Below the pieces are notes generated by a model, which saw only the letters and a list, made by a program, of their open reading frames with translations, was not told the DNA's origin and did no database searches. From Macrostomum lignano (lineage: Eukaryota), in the NCBI GenBank assembly GCA_002269645.1, contig NIVC01000105.1, positions 411,992-475,991 on the forward strand: a DNA stretch of 64,000 nt, read 5' to 3'. Positions 59,730 to 64,000 of this stretch are shown piece by piece. The stretch's first letter is position 1; each line of letters opens with the position of its first letter. Both the position numbers and the translations under genes were made by a program.

Positions 59730-60314
59730 CTATGCTGTGCACTGATTATCGTTGCTTTGTTCTTGCGGATCACCCAACTGCTGAGCGCTCGATACTTTGG
59801 TCTTCTTCCTGCCAAAGGAGGCGATGTCGAAGATGAGCTCAAACAGCTCGCACAGGGTGAGCAGAGACATTCCCAGGTAGATGCCCATGATGCCGCCGAC
59901 GTCCGAGATGAAGTCCTGCAAACCGTAGTCGATCGAGAAGTTCATCCGATCGCACAGAACTCGATGCGGCTTGAAGTGCACTTTGAGCATGTTGCTGCGG
60001 ATGTATGAGGACACGATCGACTCGTTTCCGTTCACGACGAGGTCGAGAGCCGGAACACTCAGATTCTTAGACTTGGCCTTCATCCAAACAGGCTTGATGG
60101 AGCTGCTGACGAACGGCATCATTGAGCTCTGAGTGGGCCAGTCGGAACTGGAGATGGTCGCGCTGTACTGCAGTGTGCTGCAAGGCTTCTTGGTTTTACG
60201 TTTAATAATTGCTACATCGGCAAACTGCTGCATGTAAGCCATGTAAGAAGTCACTTTGTAAAGTATTGAAAGGTTCGGCTCGCTAGTAAAATTCAGGTAG
60301 ATTCCCGCAAACAA
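59730..60314 (-). pseudogene. DEG/ENaC copy 4, C-terminal third only, truncated at the mariner element
   Basis: Thumb segment through TM2 and tail FGRKKTKVSSAQQLGDPQ. Homology stops near 60310, ~90 bp from the mariner inverted repeat. Confidence 0.85.
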
Positions 60315-60399
60315 CGGGCATGTTAATGTCAGCGAAAGTGCATATCAATGTAATTAACTTCCCGATTTTTCTCAGACAGAAATTGATTTCGCTTGTCGG

Positions 60400-61554
60400 G
60401 AATGTTCTCGCGGTTTCTAGAAAATTCTACCCCTAGAACTTTCTGGAAAATTCTAGAAGCTTACTATGTGGGTATATATTGATGGTGGGTGCGTGCGATC
60501 TTGAGAGACTACTTTTCATGATTGTTGCTATCGAAGACAGATCAACTACATGGATCTCTCTCGACCCTATATTTGTGGTCTGTTACTATATGACTTCAAA
60601 TTTGGCACCAAAGCAGCCGAATCGAACCGCTGCATTAACAGTGCATTTGGTGCTGGTACTGTGTCTGAATGCACTGCGCAAGATTGGTTTGCTCGGTTTC
60701 GCCAGGGAGATTTCAGCCTCGAAGATTTGCCCCGGTCAGGGCGTCCTTCTGAGGTGGATGATGACCATCTACCTGTGCGCACTCATTGAGGCCGACTCCC
60801 AAAAAACCACGCGTGTGTTGGCGCAAGTCCTTGGGGTAGACCATCAAACGATCACCACTCACGCTTGCATCAACTGGGCAAGGTGTACGAGGGAGGGGTG
60901 TCCCAAAAGTCGGTGCAATTTATTCACTACAGCCTTTTCTGACCGATCAGAAATATTTAGTTTGTAGCATCTGAAAAGAGAATTATCTGCCCGTTAAAAT
61001 GACTTTCTATTTATTTCTCTATCTGCTGGCATTCTTGAGATATGAACACTTTTCTGCCCCACCCCCTGCGCTACTTCTTCAAATTGCCATTGACCAAAGC
61101 TTTGTACCTGATGCACGAAACAACGAAACATTCAACGAATCAGCAAAACATCCGCTACATGAAAGCTGAGGAAAGAACAGTTAAAATTGAGTCATCAACA
61201 TTTTCCTGAGGCTTCTCCACATAGTTTACCACTGCGTTGCACACATTCTGCCATCCGCTGTATATGTCGTCAATATTCCCCCAACTGGCGCCCAGCGACT
61301 ACAATCTGCTCTTGGCTTTGATGAACGCCTTGACGAGTAAAACGCCTTTTGCTGATGAAAAAGCGCTGGATAACCGGCTCAACGACTTTTTTGCCTCGAA
61401 ACCTGAGAAATTCTACACTGATGGCACTACGTCTCTGCCTGAAAAAATGGCAGAAGGTGCTTGTTTCGGATGACAATTACTTTGTTTCTTAAGGTCCTTC
61501 TATATTTTAAAAAACTCCGTTTGGAAGAAGGTTCTAGAAACCGCGAGAACATTC
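60400..61554 (+). mobile_element. Decayed mariner (Hsmar1/SETMAR-like transposase) lacking the central catalytic region
   Basis: LLYDFKFG..AAESNRCINSAFGAGTVSECTAQDWFARFRQGDFSLEDLPRSGRP (60550-60789) and PQLAPSDYNLL...DFFASKPEKFYTDG (61237-61473). A 23-bp perfect inverted repeat GAATGTTCTCGCGGTTTCTAGAA lies at 60400-60422 and 61532-61554. Confidence 0.85.
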
Positions 61555-62315
61555 TTGAAAACCGAATAGAACAATAGTGCATTGTAGATCAGGTAGCTTT
61601 AGACAGAAATTTTGGAGTTCAGCTATATCAATTATGAACAAGCAGAGTCTTTTTAGCAGTCTTGTAAATCAAAGCCGGCAAATTTGAAGTCAATGCACAA
61701 AGCAAGTTAAAAGTAGATAGAACACTTTACCCGGTTTTTCTTCAGGACAGCCGTGGGTTATCTTGACGCCATGTCGCTTGTCACTATTCATCAGTGGACA
61801 AGGCCGCAATCTCTCCTTCTACTCTTACGTCGTAGTTGATCATGCACGGCTCAGTGAATGTTTAAACGGTTGAAAGGGCCTGTCAAATTAAGCTCATAAA
61901 GTGGAGTCCGAGTAACCTTCCGGTATGTACACAAATTATACTTCATGCTGCTCGCAGTGACACCAGGAAGCTGGATTTGGCAAAAAAAGTTACAAAATTG
62001 GACCTGGAATTGGACAGAACAAGCAAAGGGACAATTTAGAACTATTATGTAAGCTTCAGCTCGCAAGGTGGAGTCCCTAATTATTCCCTTGATTGTTCTC
62101 TCCTATCCCACCTCCAATTTTTGCTCGGCGCACTGGTAATTTTATCACAAGGCGTAATAAGCTTCGATTCCAAAATCCTTCATGCGTACGACAATCAACC
62201 ACTCCTCGGATTATTCCATCATGGCACGCAGGCTTCTGTGCTTGAACTCATTCTCCTGGCTGACCTCAGATGCTGACTGTTTGAGGTCGCAGGTTAAGGC
62301 CTTGCTGTAACTATA

Positions 62316-62419
62316 CTAGGCTACATCAAAAATGAGCTAGAACAGCTCGCACAGGGTGAGCAGAGACATGCCCAGAGAGATGCCCATGATGCCGCCGACG
62401 TCCGAGATGAATTCCTGCA
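62316..62419 (-). pseudogene. Isolated DEG/ENaC TM2 fragment with stops
   Basis: QEFISDVGGIMGISLGMSLLTLCELF*LIFDVA*. Confidence 0.85.
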
Positions 62420-62823
62420 CCAAAAGCTAGTTCACACATCCATTGCAGTAGGCCCAGACGACACAATGGGGTGTACCATGCTGTCACCTATCATTGGACG
62501 ATAGTTATACATGTACGATTATGTGTGCTTTAATTAGTATTTCCGAGTAATCCAATTATAGTATTAATCAAAATTGGAGAACTGTTATGCCTTATGATCC
62601 GTTAATGCAGCCAATACGTATGTGCTTAAACTGTGTCTATGTCCAAACTTTGTTAATCCTTCGAGTTGTAAGCGAGTATATCAATACCATCTTTCCGTGT
62701 GTATGCCTTCTTCCAGTTCCAAAATACAAGCGCTCGATTTGGCTTGGCCGCAAGCACGACCATGCCCCTAAACTCTCATTGACTGACAACTAAATAACAT
62801 TGTGCTCCACATAATTAGCCATC

Positions 62824-64000
62824 ATGACAATGGCGTCGCAAGCAGGACCTGGCGTCGCAAGCAGGACCTGTCGCAAGCAGGATCTTGGCAACCTGGACCT
62901 GAGCAACGCTGAGCGAGCACTGACATGGCTGAAAGCATTCAAGGCTCTGGCCCGCGCCAAGAAGTGGATGGATTCGGCGGAATCGAAAACCATCGCAGAC
63001 AACTTTGTGGCCTCCTGTGGACTAGCCAGCCTTGAGAAGATTACGCACCTGGTGGCTCCAACTGAAATTGAGAATTTATCGTTCCAAGAGCTGGAGACTG
63101 CGATCACTGCCTACCTGCAGCCCAAGAAGCGCCTGGTGGTGGCTGAACGGACGAAGTTCTTTGCCCTCCATCAGAGCAAAGACGAATCTATCGCAGATTT
63201 TCTTTCTTGCCTGAGGAAGGCGGCGGCCCATTGCGAGTTTGATAAACTGAAGGATTGCCAAAGCCCGGAGGAAGAAATGGTACGGCTGGCACTATTGGCG
63301 GGGATGTGCAACGTGGATCATCAACGGCGTGTGCTCGGCACGATGCAGGATACAGCTAAAGAGTTGTTAATCTCGGACATCGTCGATCACGTCCGGAACC
63401 TGGAGCAGGTCGCAAAATTCGTAGTGCGTAACGAGACATCCGGAATGCCACCGACTATAGAGAAAGTCGGCGGCGGTGGAGTCGAAGGAGTTGTGCATTT
63501 TGCCAAGGCCGGTCATCCACCGAACGCTGCGAACACTCAGGCTCGTAAAATCCTTGATTGCAAGTACTGTGGCAAATCTCACATCGCAGGCATGTGCCCT
63601 GCCTACGGAAAGACATGCACAAAATGTAACAAGCGCAACCATTTCGCCTCGGTGTGCCGCTCCAAAGTTTCATCGGGGAAAGGTGTTCATCATGCAGAGG
63701 CTACGATCAACGATTCGAACTCTGATTGCCCCGATCTTCTCCATCTCTCTGCTGCGGGCCAAGTACACGCTATTTCAGAGGCCTCCGAGACCATGCTACT
63801 CGATGGAGTCAAGATCCCTATGCAGGTGGACACTGGTGCCTCCGTCTCTGTGCTGTCATCGAAGATATGGGACGACCTGAATCAGCCGAAGCTGGAAAAG
63901 TGCAATCGGCGGCTAGAAGCGTATGATGGGCACAGCCTGAAGACGCTGGGAAAGCTTGTAGTGGTTGTCGAACTGCGTAAACGCCTGCACCCGGTAGAGC
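62824..64000 (+). mobile_element. 5' part of a Mag-like Ty3/Gypsy element: open gag-protease ORF running off the right edge
   Basis: Hand translation is uninterrupted for 392 codons: LQPKKRLVVAERTKFFALHQSKDESIADFLSCLRKAAAHCEF, two Zn knuckles (CKYCGKSHIAGMC, CTKCNKRNHFASVC) and protease MQVDTGASVS. A PBS-like TGGCGTCGCAAGCAGGA starts at 62831 and a candidate 5' LTR starts at TG 62583. Confidence 0.9.

Noticed and set aside
1-64000. Hammerhead ribozymes at CTGATGA sites (e.g. 12842, 44914, reverse near 61790)
   Set aside because: None has the required stem II plus GAAA and NUH arrangement.

Overview
Eukaryotic (invertebrate animal) genomic DNA, not prokaryotic. The satellite load and gene set are reminiscent of a flatworm such as Macrostomum, which is a tentative inference. 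The left half (1-31 kb) holds an unrecognised intronless ORF running off the left edge (>589 aa) and a spliced Cys-rich, probably GPI-anchored surface-protein gene that the ORF track does not recover as a gene. It also holds three conserved housekeeping genes (PRA1/PRAF-family, ECHS1, PDXDC1) whose exon phases I could join by hand. Each of the 10 introns delimited here (two of them bounded by candidate exons) contains a minisatellite array, mostly private to that intron. Two tRNA-derived CORE-SINE copies sit head-to-head just upstream of PRAF and ECHS1. The right half (31-64 kb) is nearly satellite-free and transposon-rich: mariner, Tc1 and hAT derivatives, a piggyBac remnant, a full-length Ty3/Gypsy with a -1 frameshift pseudoknot, a Gypsy remnant, and a Mag-like Gypsy start with a triplicated PBS. 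It also carries a tandem cluster of intronless, Cys-poor DEG/ENaC channel genes (3 full-length, 3 fragments) with mosaic, hypervariable extracellular segments. All assignments are by eye; no searches were run.
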